A stretch of DNA of 64,000 nucleotides from the human T2T-CHM13v2.0 reference genome, Homo sapiens: the NCBI RefSeq assembly GCF_009914755.1, contig NC_060947.1; one strand, 5' to 3'. Both the position numbers and the translations under genes were made by a program. The notes beneath the pieces were generated by a model. That model saw only the letters and a program-made list of their open reading frames with translations. It searched no databases and was not told the DNA's origin. Shown piece by piece: positions 33,280 to 53,425 of this stretch. The number at the start of each line of letters is the position of its first letter. The stretch's first letter is position 1.

Positions 33280-33610
33280 TCAATCACTATGTATTGAACA
33301 TGTCAATAATATAGTAAGAATTCTTAATCCCATTTAAGAGAATATCAATGAGTCTCAGCAAAAGATAGTAACAGGACTAAGGTCATACAGTCAGTAAGTG
33401 AATGGTAAGTTGGGCGGCTCCAAAGCCTGTGAACTTTCCATCACATATTTTAAGTAAAAATATTGACATTGCTTAGAAAAACTGTATCATAATGGAAGAT
33501 TAGTTCTTGGGGCAGGAGAAATAAGCAGATATGAATATTTGACCAATTTCCTATTCATCAAGACAAAGCTGTTTGAAAAACTATAAGTAAAGGAACTTAA
33601 ATTTTACTAG

Positions 33611-33932
<322 letters not shown>

Positions 33933-33971
33933 AGAGGTTGGTTTTAAATATCCTGGATGGACCAAGATCTA

Positions 33972-34490
<519 letters not shown>

Positions 34491-34696
34491 AGAAATGTAA
34501 ATTTTTTCCTTCTCTGTGTGCCAGAATGTTTGTAAAACTATTTCATTTATTAAATTATTTTAGGTTTGTTACAAAAGTTGAATATTTAGAGTGTCACAAA
34601 ATTATGTAAAATACAGTTAATACTTAAATAATCATAAAAGTATACAGTAAAAGAAAAAATAAATCATAGGTAAACACTGAATATTTTGGGATATTT

Positions 34697-35005
34697 CTTT
34701 TATTTCTTTTTTATTTTTTGAAGACAGGGTCTGGCTCTGTCACCCAGGCTGGAGTGTAGTGGCACCGTCTCAGCTCACTGCAACCTCTGCCTCCTGAGCT
34801 CAAGCCATCCTCACAACTCAGCCTCCCAAGTAGCTGGGACTTTAGGCGTGTGCCACCACACCTGGTTAATTTTTGCATTTTTAGTAGAGATGGGGTCTTA
34901 CCATGTTGCCCAGGCTGATCTTAAACTCCTGGACTCAAGAGATCCTCCCACCTTGGCCTCCCAAGGTGCTGAGATTAGAGGTGTGAGCCACCATGCCCAA
35001 CCTGG
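34697..35005 (-). mobile_element. AluJ
   Basis: Alu consensus. Confidence 0.9.
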
Positions 35006-35566
35006 CATATTTCTTTTAAATCTTTTTTCTAACCCTGTGAATGTAGATACATGTATAATTTACTTTATTGGGATTGTACTCTCTAAAAAGGGAGTTTTAC
35101 ATATGAAGTATTTATAAAATTGTTTTTGTTCTTTTTCTAATGACAAATGTGATAATTTTGAGAGCAAAATTAAAGATTATTTGTCAAAAAAGAGGAGTAA
35201 AGGGGTAAAGCCTGAGCAAATATAAAAACATACTAATAAAAAAACTATAATAAACACTGTGTTGTTACTGGCTGACAAATATCCATCATAAATTGTAATA
35301 AATATGACTCTTTTCCTAGAAAAAGCATGAGAATTGATGGAAACACAGCTGAAAATAAAACAATGAGGGACAATAACATAAAACTGAATGACTTAGGAGA
35401 AGAAAATGATACTACTCTTTTGAGTGCACCTGTTAGAAGATTTGAATGAATGGAGAAAACTCAAGCTTAGCTGGAGGGTGGTAGGCCTGGTGGCTGGGGT
35501 AAAGAGGAAGATATCACCATAAAATCATCCAGGCCCCAGCCACATCATAGGCCAACCTCACCATTA

Positions 35567-35930
<364 letters not shown>

Positions 35931-37009
35931 ATCGTGCAAATGCTTGGCTAATTATTCCAACACCATTAATTGAATAAGTGGGAGGATCACTTGAGGCCAG
36001 TAGTTGGAGAGCAACCTGGGCAACATAGCAAGACCCCATCTTTAAAACAATAAAAAATCAAATGCTCGCTCCCCATATATCACCAATGCACCTGATGATA
36101 TGACGAAGTGCATTTATTGCTTCCCTCACTACGGGAGAACACCACTTCGTGAAGCTTTAGCGGTGCTTCAGACAGGAAAAGAAAGATCAGAATTTATTGA
36201 GAAATGAAAAATGGGCTTAAGGCGGTGAGTCTTTCAATGCTGGGATTTGATTGGGATTGGGTAAGAACCACGAGATACCAACATTCTAGGATTGGTGTAA
36301 GCAGCAAGAGGAGGATTTTAATGAGAGGCATTCAAAAAATTTTAGAGTGCAAACTGTTGGTGCTGTCCATTGACGAGTTGATGGGCCTTTGCAGAAGATC
36401 CTGTAATGCAGAAACTATTCGCCTGCAGAGAACGTCCTGGAAAAGTAATGCGAATGAAGACAGTGGATTAGCAAAGTCCTTTTTATGTAGATGTTACAGT
36501 GGGGTTTTTGATTCTCAGTGTCCAGGCCGAGTTTGGGGATAGATGGTTTTAATTCCCATATACATACATTTTTAATGGACAATTCACCTTAGGCACGTGT
36601 TTATTTTATGGTGTCAAAATCCTTTCATTTCTCGAAGGTGTTTACTGAGACCTGAGTTAGTTGCTAAACTAGCTGGTTTAAAGCTAAACAAGTAGCTTAA
36701 ACCTGTCTGCTAAAACCTTCAGGTGGATTATTTCATTTGCTCCTCACAAACACCTGTGAATCCTCACAAACACTTCACCATTATTGTCCCTATTTTATAG
36801 AAGAGGAGAATGAGACTCAGAAGTAATAATTAGCTCACAATCTCGGGGCTACAAATACATGTTTTCAGGAGCATCAGCAAAACCCTCTTAATCAAACAAA
36901 CAAACATAAACTCCAAAACCCTGCCTTATTCTTCTGTTTTTGCACAAGGAGCTGGAATCCAGGTTCAAGATAATTATCTGGCCATTCTGTCTTCTTAGAG
37001 GTCCTTTTC

Positions 37010-37700
37010 CCTTTCGGGGGAAGGGAGGAAAGGGTGGAAGCGGCTTCCACCCACTCCAGTTCGGGCTTGGGTCAGCTCCCTGGGCTTCGCGGAGCACGCC
37101 CTGGTGCCACCGGCGGGGCCATTTCCGCCGCGGGGGCCCAGACAGCGCCGCCGGCTCGCGTAGGGTCCAGCGGACCGGCAGGCTCGCCCTCGCGGTGCCA
37201 GCTCTGCTCTCTTCTGGTCACCAGGGGGCGCCAGAAGCAATGGTGCATCCCGAAAGGGACGGCGGCCACGTGACAGGGGGGTCACGCGCAGGGTCGTAGG
37301 GGACCGCCTGGGGATCCCCGGACGGCTGCGAGGAATGAGCGGTTGGCTCGGGCTGGTTTCCTCCCTCCACCGCCTGCTTGTTTCGCCATGCCCGGGCCGG
37401 ACGGTGGGGCTGCAGCGGCGAAAGCGACTGAAGTCCGGGAGCAGTCGCATGAGCTTCCCGGTCACCAGGAGGCCCCGGGAACAGACACCTCACCCTGACA
37501 TTGTGGCAGGTTTGGCCCTTCCCGCAATGCAACAAAGGAGGGACTTTGTCCCAGCCTTTCCCCTAGCCAGGAGAGGTGCTGTTAAATCCCTTTGTGCCTC
37601 CCCACCGGCCTTGGAGCGATGAGATTTCCCCTGTAGTACCCCAGGGGACGGGCCGACGGGATGGACTTTGTATCTTTTGGCTGATCTGGCCGGACATCCT
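37010..37700. promoter_or_regulatory. Second CpG island, probable lncRNA promoter
   Basis: Dense CpG/GC. YY1/ETS-like GCCATTTCCG 37118, CTCF-like CACCAGGGGGCGCC 37219, E-box CACGTG 37267, CCAAT 37704. Confidence 0.85.
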
Positions 37701-37931
37701 TGCCCAATAAGCACTTACCCAGTTGCCCACCCTCCAAAAAAAGGAGAAAATCAAATCAGTAATTTGATCGATCATTTTCATAGATATGCTGTAATAGAAC
37801 AATTCACCTGGTTGTGAACTGGGCTGGGGAGTTTCAAGACGTGAGTTTGTTAACTGACTAGTTTCTTGCTTGGTGTAGAGGCCTTAGGCACTCTCACACT
37901 TAAACCAGCAGAAAGGCCAGGGAGTATCTAG

Positions 37932-38739
<808 letters not shown>

Positions 38740-38829
38740 TCACCACAGTTCTTAATAGAAGTAGTCTATTTGAGGAAAAACAGTTAATTTATAAAGAAAC
38801 TGAATAATGTAATAAATTGAGGAATTTTT

Positions 38830-39710
<881 letters not shown>

Positions 39711-39932
39711 CTAGATTGAGTGACTTTTGGTTGTATTTGGTTTAGCTAGTTTCACTTCATTTAATGAATGCCTTTTTTAGTGTTATAAAAATTAGGAGCT
39801 GAAATGAATAATACATAGTCCTTCCTTGCAAGGAGCTCATAGTTCCTTCAGGAAGACAGACAACAAAACAATGACAGTATAGCTTGTTAAGTGCTCTGAA
39901 GGGAGTTGAGGACAAGATGCTCTGGGGAGCAG

Positions 39933-40067
39933 AGAAGAGGAACACTTAACCCTGCTTGAAGGCGGGTGGAGGAAAGTATTAAGGAAACCTTTTACAGAAG
40001 AGGAACACTTAACCCTGCTTGAAGGCGGGTGGAGGAAAGTATTAAGGAAACCTTTTCCAGAAGAGGA
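39933..40067. repeat. 63-bp tandem duplication (2 copies + 9 bp) within an L2 remnant
   Basis: Units start at 39933, 39996 and 40059; one mismatch. Confidence 0.95.
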
Positions 40068-40130
40068 CTTAATGTGCCTCTCGTTTTCTTTTGTTTATTT
40101 TAATCAAAATTATACAAGTACATACTGTAG

Positions 40131-40737
<607 letters not shown>

Positions 40738-41069
40738 ATCATACTGTAGTTTTTAAAAATCAAATAGTTCTACAAGATTTGCTTTTTTTAAAAAATGAAT
40801 CATTTGCTTTCCTTCCCATTCCATGTTGCCCCCAAAAGCAACCACTTTCTATTCTTTTAAGTCTTTGAATATTTACCTGTATATCTTTAAAGAGCATATT
40901 TATATTTGAGAAAAAGAAGCCCCAACATAGGCCAATTAATATCCTCACTTGCACTGATTTTTAAATTGGTCAGCCCTATTAAATATTAACACATAGTTAG
41001 TTATGAAAGTGACGGTCACAATGCAGCCTACCTTCTGTCCATCTAAATGAAAGAAGACAGGCATGCTCA

Positions 41070-41474
<405 letters not shown>

Positions 41475-41549
41475 TCAATTATGAGGAATGTTATTTTCAC
41501 TTAAACTTTAAAAGAAAAGCAAACCACAAACAAGCTGCATGATGTAGTA

Positions 41550-41877
41550 TAGGAATTAGCAATCTATGACCTGTGAGCTAAGAATGTGTTTTCAGATGAA
41601 TAGTGACAACAAATTTGATGATAGGGAACACTAATTTTCAACCCTAATGAAGCAAAATATTATTTTTCTATTCTAACCTTTTCATTAGTAGAACTGTATT
41701 ATAAAACCTTATAGTCAATTGTTATTACTTTTTAAATTTCATTAATTAAAAATTTGTACAATTTTGTTTTCTCTCATTATGTAAATACTTATATAATATC
41801 CTCGATCTTGCTTCTTGGTTCATAAATTCTAAATTATTAATTCTCTGACCTTCACAGAAAAGCTTGCTAACTCCTGG
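41550..41877. mobile_element. hAT-Charlie MITE (MER58B-like)
   Basis: Ends aggaattagcaa...ttgctaactcctg form degenerate TIRs. Confidence 0.6.
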
Positions 41878-41894
41878 TTTAATAGAATAAAAAG

Positions 41895-42258
<364 letters not shown>

Positions 42259-43159
42259 GGTATGGAAAGCAATTGACATGTACTTGCTGTGTGACCTTGG
42301 GAAGTCACTTTATTTCTCTGGTCTTTATTTTTATTATCTATAAAATGGAGCTAAAGGGTAATGGGTTGATGAGATAAACTCTACCATGAATCCCCCAGTT
42401 TTTGATTAATTAATTATACAAGTATTTATTGAGTTACTGTTATGTACCAAGAACTGTTAAATGCATTGGGAATACAGCATGAAACAAAATTTTTGTCCTG
42501 AAAGAAGACACTGTTCTCAATGAAAAGAGACTTAAGATGCAGTGTGTGGTCTGAGATTGGATCATGATTTAAACAAACTTGCTTAATGGGACATTTTTGG
42601 GAAAATTAGGGAAATTTGTATATGGATGGTTATTAGATGATGTGAAAACTTTTTAAGATGAAATGGTGGAGGTCATTAACTGAAAAGGGCAGTTGTAAAA
42701 CATTTTGTACAGTATTTCATTTTTGGAAGAAAATGCGTATATGTATTACATATACTTAGAAAAAATATCTGAAAAGATATATACTAAGCTGTTAATGGTG
42801 ATTTCTGTGTGATGGGAACACAATGTTCTATTTAGTTATTTTTGCTTTCAAATTTTTCACAATGAATATACACTGCTTTTGTAAAAATAAAAGATTGTTT
42901 CTAATTTAAAAAATAATCTCTCTTTTCACAAAGCTTATAGCTAATGCCTCTTGTAAGTATTCATATTGCCAATTTGTCACTTTTTTTTTTCAGGGCAGGA
43001 AAACATCTAAGAAAGGAGGCTCCCCCCTTCCCTTGCAGGTAACAAAGTATCGGGGTGATCTCTGTGAAATAGCTACTGAATGTAAACTGATGCTACTGGC
43101 ATTCCTCTGGGACTTTTACTGATAAGTAGAGCTTTCATAGTCTTCCCAATTTCAGATGA

Positions 43160-43580
<421 letters not shown>

Positions 43581-43692
43581 TGAAAAAGCAGAAAATGTAT
43601 CAAGATAAATACTACCTTGTGAGCCCTATCAATAGTCCTACCAATAGCTTTCTGATATTGGAGGCTTTCAAATGAGATGTTTTTTTTTTTAG

Positions 43693-43807
43693 GGTTACCA
43701 GCAATTAAAAAGAAGTACTAGAGAGGCAAATATCGGCAGTATACATCTAAGCGCTGGTCGGAAAAGAAGGAACTCAGCCCAAGAACTTGCCCAATCTGAT
43801 ACTGGAG
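43693..43807 (+). pseudogene. Fossil exon B (115 nt)
   Basis: T-tract + AG acceptor, GAG|GTAGGT donor; [13 protein letters not shown] then a frameshift to ELSPRTCPI*YW. Confidence 0.6.
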
Positions 43808-43904
43808 GTAGGTGTATCTCTGTTGCATCCATGAACGCATCAGGCTACCAAAGCCCGATGTGATTAAGCATTTGAATCGTGTAACTGCTTCTCTTATTGT
43901 AGGC

Positions 43905-44445
43905 CAGGAGTCAGCAAACTTCAGCATGTGGACCAAATCTGGTCTGCCATCTATTTTTGTAAATAAAGTTTTATTGTTTATTTGTTTATGTATTGTCTAT
44001 TACTGCTTTTACCCTGTGATGGCAGAGTTGAGTAGTTGGCAACAGATACTGTATATGACCTACAAAGCCACAAATATTTACTATCTGTCCATTTATTTAT
44101 TTATTTATTCATTCATTCATTCATGAGACAAGGTCTCGCTCTGTCACCCAGGCTGGAGTGCAGTGGAGTGATCACGGCTCACTGCAGCCTTGAACTCCTG
44201 GGCTCAAGCAATCTACCCACCTCATCCTCCCAAGTAGCTGGGACTACAGGTGCGCCCCACCATGCTCAGCTAATTTTAAAATATTTTGTAGAGATGGGGT
44301 CTTACTGTATTTCCCAGGCTGGTCTCAAACTCCTGGGCTCAAGCGATCCACCCGCCTCAGCCTCCCAAAGTGCTGGGATTACAGGTGTGAGCCACCATGC
44401 CCAGCCTATATGGCCCTTTAAATAAAAAGTTTGTGGACCCTTCTT
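43905..44445. mobile_element. MER58A-like hAT element split by AluJ (44090-44406 -)
   Basis: caggagtcagcaaact...tttgtaaataaagttttattg; resumes at tggccctttaaataaaaagtttg. Confidence 0.75.
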
Positions 44446-45022
44446 CTAGATTCACCAGAAAACTGCCTCAGTACGCATGCCTGTGGAAGAGAATAACCAC
44501 TTATATTATTTTCTTTTTTTTCCCTATACATTTAAGTAGTGTTCCTTTCATCCAACGGAAAATGAAGAAAGGGACTTTCTTTGGTCCCTGCCTGTGTTCA
44601 CCTTTGCCAAGGACCTTTCTCTCATGAATCCCTCTCTGCTCTTTTCAAGGAGGGTTTCAGGTTCTGTGTTATCACCCAAATTGTGACCTTTACAAAGCCC
44701 CGCTGGTCTGCTTGGAATTTCACATGATGTGCCCTTCTCTAGATTTAGGTCTTTACATGTAGTACTTGCTTATTTAAATTTTATTTGCCTTTCAAGGTGC
44801 CACTCAAGAACCACTCCCTCCAAGATGTTTTCCTGGATTTCCTCAGCCTAAAGTAATCCCTCTTTTTCCTGGGTGAGTTATATCTTTTAGTTTATTTCTC
44901 TTGTTAGGCTCACGTTCACTGATTTACATCCATACTCATTGCTTTGTGCTTATTTGTATTTGTGAGTTACATTCTCTACCAGATTTTAAATTCCTTGAGG
45001 GTAGGTACATATGTTGTTCAAC

Positions 45023-45307
45023 TTTTTTTTTTTTTTTTTGAGACAGATTCTCGCTCTGTTGCCCAGGCTGGAGTGCAGTGCACGATCTCAGCTCACTGCA
45101 ACCTCCACTCCCCGGGTTCAAACAATTCTCGTGCCTCAGCCCCCCGAGTAGCTGGGATTATGGGTGCATGTCACCACGCCTGGCTAATTTTTTTTAACAG
45201 TTTCTTCATGTTGGCCAGGCTGGTCTCAAACTCCTGACCTCAAGTGATCTGCCCGCCTTGGCCTCCCAAGATGCTGGGATTACAGGTGTGAGCCACTGCG
45301 CCCGGCC
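45023..45307 (-). mobile_element. AluS
   Basis: TSD ttgttcaacttt. Confidence 0.92.
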
Positions 45308-45789
45308 TTTTGTTCAACTTTAAATAAATTATTTTTTCCCCATCATCAGATGCAAAAGAGGTTCAACAATAAAATAAATTGGTAAGTTCCCCCATATACT
45401 TCAGATCTAATCTTTAGTTCTCCAATGTTTCCACTGAGGATTTTTCCTGTGAAATGCTGGAGTCACTTCCTTTGTCCGTAGTGATCCTTGTAATTTCAAG
45501 CACCAGGCTATGATTTTCTATTCCATTGCTTTGATGGAGTTACTTCCACTAGGGGGAGCTCCTTACTTTGCTATATAGTCAATTTCCTTCTCTTTAGGAG
45601 ACAAAAGAAGGGAGACTTCCTCAGACAAAATGTCAAAACAATGGTAGGAAGTAGCAACTAAAAACATCTCCTGGGGCTTGACTAGGTCTCAGCACTAGCT
45701 GGCTCCTCAAATGCCATTTCACTTGTCATATTGCAATTTGGTATAATTCTGGCCCATGTGTCAAGATTTCCCCCTACCCAATCTACTTC

Positions 45790-47445
<1,656 letters not shown>

Positions 47446-48059
47446 TTTGCTCTAGGAGTACTTAGCGACAGTTGAGTTCACTTGTACTTATTCACCTGCA
47501 TTTCTTGGGGGTAGTACCCAGTAATCCTCAGGGAAGGTAGCTATCACAGGAGGGGATGTTGCCAATAGGTTTGAGTGGAATGAACTCTAAGGGAACCCAT
47601 GGATGCCCTTTAATAAAACTGAATTCAGAACCTCTGCAGTTAGCAGAGCAGAGAGTATCTTAATGTATGGAAAAAATCAGGGCTGTGAGGTCTAGCTATC
47701 CCTCTCACCCACATGGTGATTCCAGCCTCCTTTGCCAACCTTGAAAGATCTGGCCTCAAGTTACACTAAAGAGAGTCTGAGGGTCTCCTTCCAGAAACAT
47801 TATCTATTGTATGGAAGGGAGAGGAAAGGAAGTTCTTACAGGTGCTGTGAAGCTGACTAAAACCCCAGGGAGTGTTTCAACTAAGTGGGAAACTTGACAT
47901 AAAGATTCACTGGTCATTTCCCGGTTCCTTGGTGAGAAGTGGCCTCAGCAGTAGAAGACAGTATAGCACTGGGCTTGTTTCTTAGCTTTGTACTTTAGTA
48001 GTGATGGCTTTGAAAACACATACAAGTTTTACTGGTCTCCATGTAGCATTTTGGTTTGA

Positions 48060-48459
<400 letters not shown>

Positions 48460-48693
48460 TAATCATTTCCTCTCTGCATCTATAGTATTTTTTCTCTTTC
48501 TTTCTCTTAGCACATATCACATTGCGTTATGGTTGTGTGGTTGTAAACTGATGAGGCAGTAGAGTGTAATGATGAGAGCATGGGTTCTGGAGCTAGGCTG
48601 CTTGTATTCAAATGGTGGCTCTTGCAAGTTGCTTAACCTCCCTGAGCCTCAGTTTCTTATCTGTCTCATCTCAGTTTAATAATAACAATATGA

Positions 48694-49131
<438 letters not shown>

Positions 49132-49154
49132 AATAAGACCATATTTTTATCTTT

Positions 49155-49397
49155 TATATATATATATATATTTATTATACTTTAAGTTCTAGAGTACATG
49201 TGCACAATGTGCAGGTTTGTTACATATGTATACATGTGCCATGTTGGTGTGCTGCACCCATTAACTCGTCATTTACATTAGGTACATCTCCTAAAGCTAT
49301 CCCTCCCCCTCCCCACACCCCACAAAAGGCCCCGGTGTGTGATGTTCCCTTTCCTGTGTCTAAGTGTTCTCATTGTTCAATATAAACAGAACCAAAT
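49155..49397 (-). mobile_element. L1PA 3' fragment
   Basis: ttattatactttaagttctag...; 17-bp TSD accatatttttatcttt. Confidence 0.92.
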
Positions 49398-50631
49398 ACC
49401 ATATTTTTATCTTTGTACCACTGATGCTTAGCACTGGGCTTGGCAGAGAGTACTGGGTATCTACTTAATCAATTTTTGTGTGAATAAACCAGATTTCTAA
49501 ATCAACTTCAGTTCTTGTTTAATAGTTTCATAGGTATATAGCCCTTTTATGAGATCACTCATTCATTCCTGTGTACCACTCTGTGTAGTAGTTAAGAATG
49601 AAGGTTCTGGAGCCTGATCACCCAGTTTGTATTGTTGTTTTGCCAGTTATTGGCTGGATGAGATTAGGCATGATATTTAACATCTCAGTGCCTCAGCTCT
49701 CTCACCTGGAAAATGAGGAGAAATATAGGACGTTAAACATAGAGTTTCTGAACACTCAAAAGTTAACTATAAGTATTATTAATCTTATCAGCAATTAAGC
49801 GACTTAATGAACACCTACAATGTTCCAGGAATTGTGCTAACAGTGGGGATGCAGAGATGAATAAGGCTTGGTCCCTGCTCTCAGAAATCCTATAAGCTAG
49901 TGAAGGAAACAAGTGTGATCAAATCAGTATGTATGGAGCCTAGCAGAAGATGGGATCAATTTAACAGGAGGGAACAGTAACAGGAAAAGGCAGGGTAGTA
50001 AGACTTTATAGAGGAGGGAATTCCTGAGCTTTGCATCTGTGGGTTGACAGTCCTGGGATATTAATGTCAAGTACATATTGAAATCCCTTTTGTGGTTTAT
50101 CAGAGATGAGTTTTATAACAGATTTCTCCCATCAGATTTTCTTTTTTGTTTGTTTGTTTTTGTTTCACTGAAAGCATTTACCTGGAAGATTTTCTTAATA
50201 AGGCCACTTAACAAGAGGCCTCCAGACGGTGATGATCTCTGTCCTCACTTGGCAGCATGGTGACTGCACTGCCATGCAGCTCCTCCGTCTCACCTTGCCT
50301 TTTGAGAGATCTGGCTGGTTTTAGGAGCACTGTTACTGGATTCAACATTGCATCTAGACTTGAGAATTCTTTGTTCACATCTGGTTTGAAAAAGAATGTT
50401 TGAATGGCTTCTGTCTGTCCTGTTTGCTTGGAAACAGAAACAGGGCTAATTGTTTTATGGAACCCTCAATCTGCTATTTGAATGAATTTTATGATAAATG
50501 CATATAACCAAGACCAGTATTGATATTGCCTTCTAGTTTGGGGGCCTAAGAAAAATTTTAATCCTTCTCAGAAAATATGGAATTGTCATGTCAATAAATC
50601 TTGTCCAATGCCTAAAGAAAAAGCCTCACCC

Positions 50632-50934
50632 TGGCTGGGTGTGGTGGCTCACGCCTGTATTCCCAGCACTTTGGGAGGCTGAGGTGGGTGGATCACGAGG
50701 TCAGGAGTTCAAGACCAGCCTGGCCAAGATGGTGAAACCCCGTCTCTACTAAAAATACAAAAAAAAAAAAAAAATTAGCCAGGAGTGGTGGTGAGCACTT
50801 GTAATCCCAGCTACTCAGGAGGCTGAGGCAGAGAACTGCTTGAACCCGGGAGGCGGAGGTTGCAGTGAGCTGAGATCACGCCATTGCACTCCAGCCTGGG
50901 TGACAGAGTGAGACTCCGTCTCAAAAAAAAAAAA
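50632..50934 (+). mobile_element. AluSg
   Basis: TSD aaaaagc(c/t)tcaccct. Confidence 0.93.
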
Positions 50935-51638
50935 GCTTCACCCTGCCTTTTGAATCCCAGAGAACCTGTTCTGGGCCAACAATGCACCACCAGGCTTTCC
51001 CAAGTGCACCAAACATAGTTTTGAATAGTTTTCCTTGGGCAAAGCTCCTCTTTCCTTTTGAACTTCAGCCAGAGGGCCCTCACAGGCAGAAGACTAAATT
51101 TCAGATGCTTCTGTCTTGCCCTCTCCCTCCCTCTCAATAAATTTTCTGAAAAAGTTGGCATTTGGATTCTTCTTTTCCCACCCTAACAATCAGGCAGGAA
51201 GGAAGTAGAGAATAGCATATGTTCTAAGAAAAGGCTGGTGCCTCTTTCTAGCTCACCCTTTTAATAGAGGCCTCTTAGAGATGGTGGGACTGGAGCTACA
51301 ATTAAATTTTTGAGATCAAAGACAGGGTGCAGATAGATGAAAATCTTAATGTCTTTTGTCTCTCAGAAAACCAATAGAGCCATCGAAGCTTGTCTAGTTC
51401 CCCCAAGTAGTTAATGAGAACAATAGAATTTTGAGTTCCTGGTGTTCTTTGGAGCTGATTTTGGCAAATGACAAGCAGTTTGTAAAAGGGCTTATTATTC
51501 GAGTAGAGCTTTGGCTGCCTGACTTTTAAGGTTGATTATTTGTTTTGCATGTTGTATAACAGGAGTGTTGGGCAATGCTCAGAAGAGGTTTTTGGGGTCA
51601 GAGATGTAAGGACTTCTCTGACTGTCTTCTCCCAACAG

Positions 51639-51774
51639 AACCAGATTCCAGCTGCGGAGCAAGAGGCAAGCTTGTACACAGGACCAAAGCCATGGCTTTT
51701 GTATAGCCCCTTACCACCAGACAGGCCTTTTCACTGGTTCCTTTAGGGGGAGAATATATCAAAATTTCTATCAA
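51639..51774 (+). pseudogene. Fossil exon D (136 nt), fully open frame
   Basis: ctgactgtcttctcccaacag acceptor, CAA|GTCAGT donor; TRFQLRSKRQACTQDQSHGFCIAPYHQTGLFTGSFRGRIYQNFYQ. Confidence 0.6.
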
Positions 51775-52048
51775 GTCAGTAACCCAAGAAAAATATTTCT
51801 CTGTGTATGTAATTTCTCAAACTTTCATTGGTGATGTGACCTGCTTTTTAAAGAAACATTTTTAAGGACATAGTTTGGTCTTTTGCAATAAACAGTTGTA
51901 TATGGGGTCCCTGTCAGCTCAGTAAGTAGATGCTCTGAAAGGTAGAGCCTTCAACTGGTTATAGTGAAAAACAGCTAAGAGAGGTCTTCCCTCATTGGTG
52001 AAGAGTGCCAAGTGGATGTTGTCCCAGCCCTTTTGTTTTCAAGGTTTA

Positions 52049-52440
<392 letters not shown>

Positions 52441-52705
52441 TTAGACATTTTGGAGACAGTGAATGAAGGATGTTCCTCTCCCTCCTATTCTAAACTTTAA
52501 AAGTACACTGAGCCAGGGCCTACAAGAAATTGAGATTTTTTTTTTTTTTTGAGATGGAATCTTGCTATGTTGCCAAAGCTGGACTTGAATTTCAAACAAT
52601 CCTCCTGCTTCAGCCTCCCAAGTAGCTGGGACTACAGGTGCTTGCCACTATCAGATGGCTTTGATAAACAGAAACTTAGTTGTGTCTCCTTTTTTGTTTT
52701 TTAAT

Positions 52706-53030
52706 GGGAACCTAATATATGAGGGAGTTCTGTGTATAAAGGCTATAAACTAGCATTTGTGTCCAGTGCCATCAGTAAAATGGGAAGTAGCAGAAGGAGA
52801 TGATAGGTACCTAGGAAGAGATTTCATGAGCTATTCAATAAATTTTGGATGCTTTTCGATATTTGGAAGATGTGTGTCCTTAGGAGAGATGGCCTCTACA
52901 CTTGAAGTTACTAATTCATGGCAAACCATTCTCCTTCAAAGACAAAGTTTTGCTGAAGAGAGTCTTGGGAAACATGAAATCTGATCATCCTGGTAGAGTT
53001 TGTGTCTCTAAAAGGAACTATACATTGTGG
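52706..53030 (+). pseudogene. Fossil exon E with dead acceptor
   Basis: Pyrimidine tract ending TTAAT instead of AG; GNLIYEGVLCIKAIN*HLCP..., frameshift, ILDAFRYLEDVCP*ERWPLHLKLLIHGKPFSFKDKVLLKRVLG...YTLW; donor GTGTGAGT. Confidence 0.55.
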
Positions 53031-53099
53031 GTGTGAGTAGCTTAATTTCTTGCACTAAAGTCTCTGGCACCCTAAATGAAACACTGCTTTGGTGCCTAT

Positions 53100-53425
53100 A
53101 TTAATCACGATAGGCTAGACCGATACAGTGACAAATAGCAGAGGTTTATTTGTTGCTCACATAATGTTTGATATAGACTGGTTGGTCCTCTTCTGTCTTG
53201 TAGCTATACCATCTGGAACAGATGACTTCCAAGGACACCGTAGCAAAGAAAAAGAGAACTGGAAGCCCATGTGCCTTAATCGCTTCATCCTAGAGGTAAC
53301 ACAGAACTTCTGCATACATTTCATTGGCAGGAACTAATCACCTAACCCCAATTTAACCACAAGGAAGACTGGGATATGTAGAGGCATAGCTAGTAGATTT
53401 CATGTCTATTAACAGTCTCTGCTAT
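53100..53425 (-). mobile_element. Old MaLR LTR fragment (MLT1J/K-like)
   Basis: catttcattggcaggaactaatcac...caaggaagactggga motif. Confidence 0.5.

Noticed and set aside
36070-36555. Possible LTR-like segment upstream of the second island
   Set aside because: Could not identify ends, TSD or family by eye.
36888-37714. ORFs of 65-156 aa on both strands in the second CpG island
   Set aside because: Low-complexity R/P/G/A content typical of GC-rich non-coding DNA.
37711-37722. Perfect minus-strand donor (GG|GTAAGT)
   Set aside because: No matching minus-strand exon or promoter on the 5' side; likely chance.
39933-40067. Direct repeats as a CRISPR-like array
   Set aside because: Two abutting copies with no spacers, in mammalian DNA.
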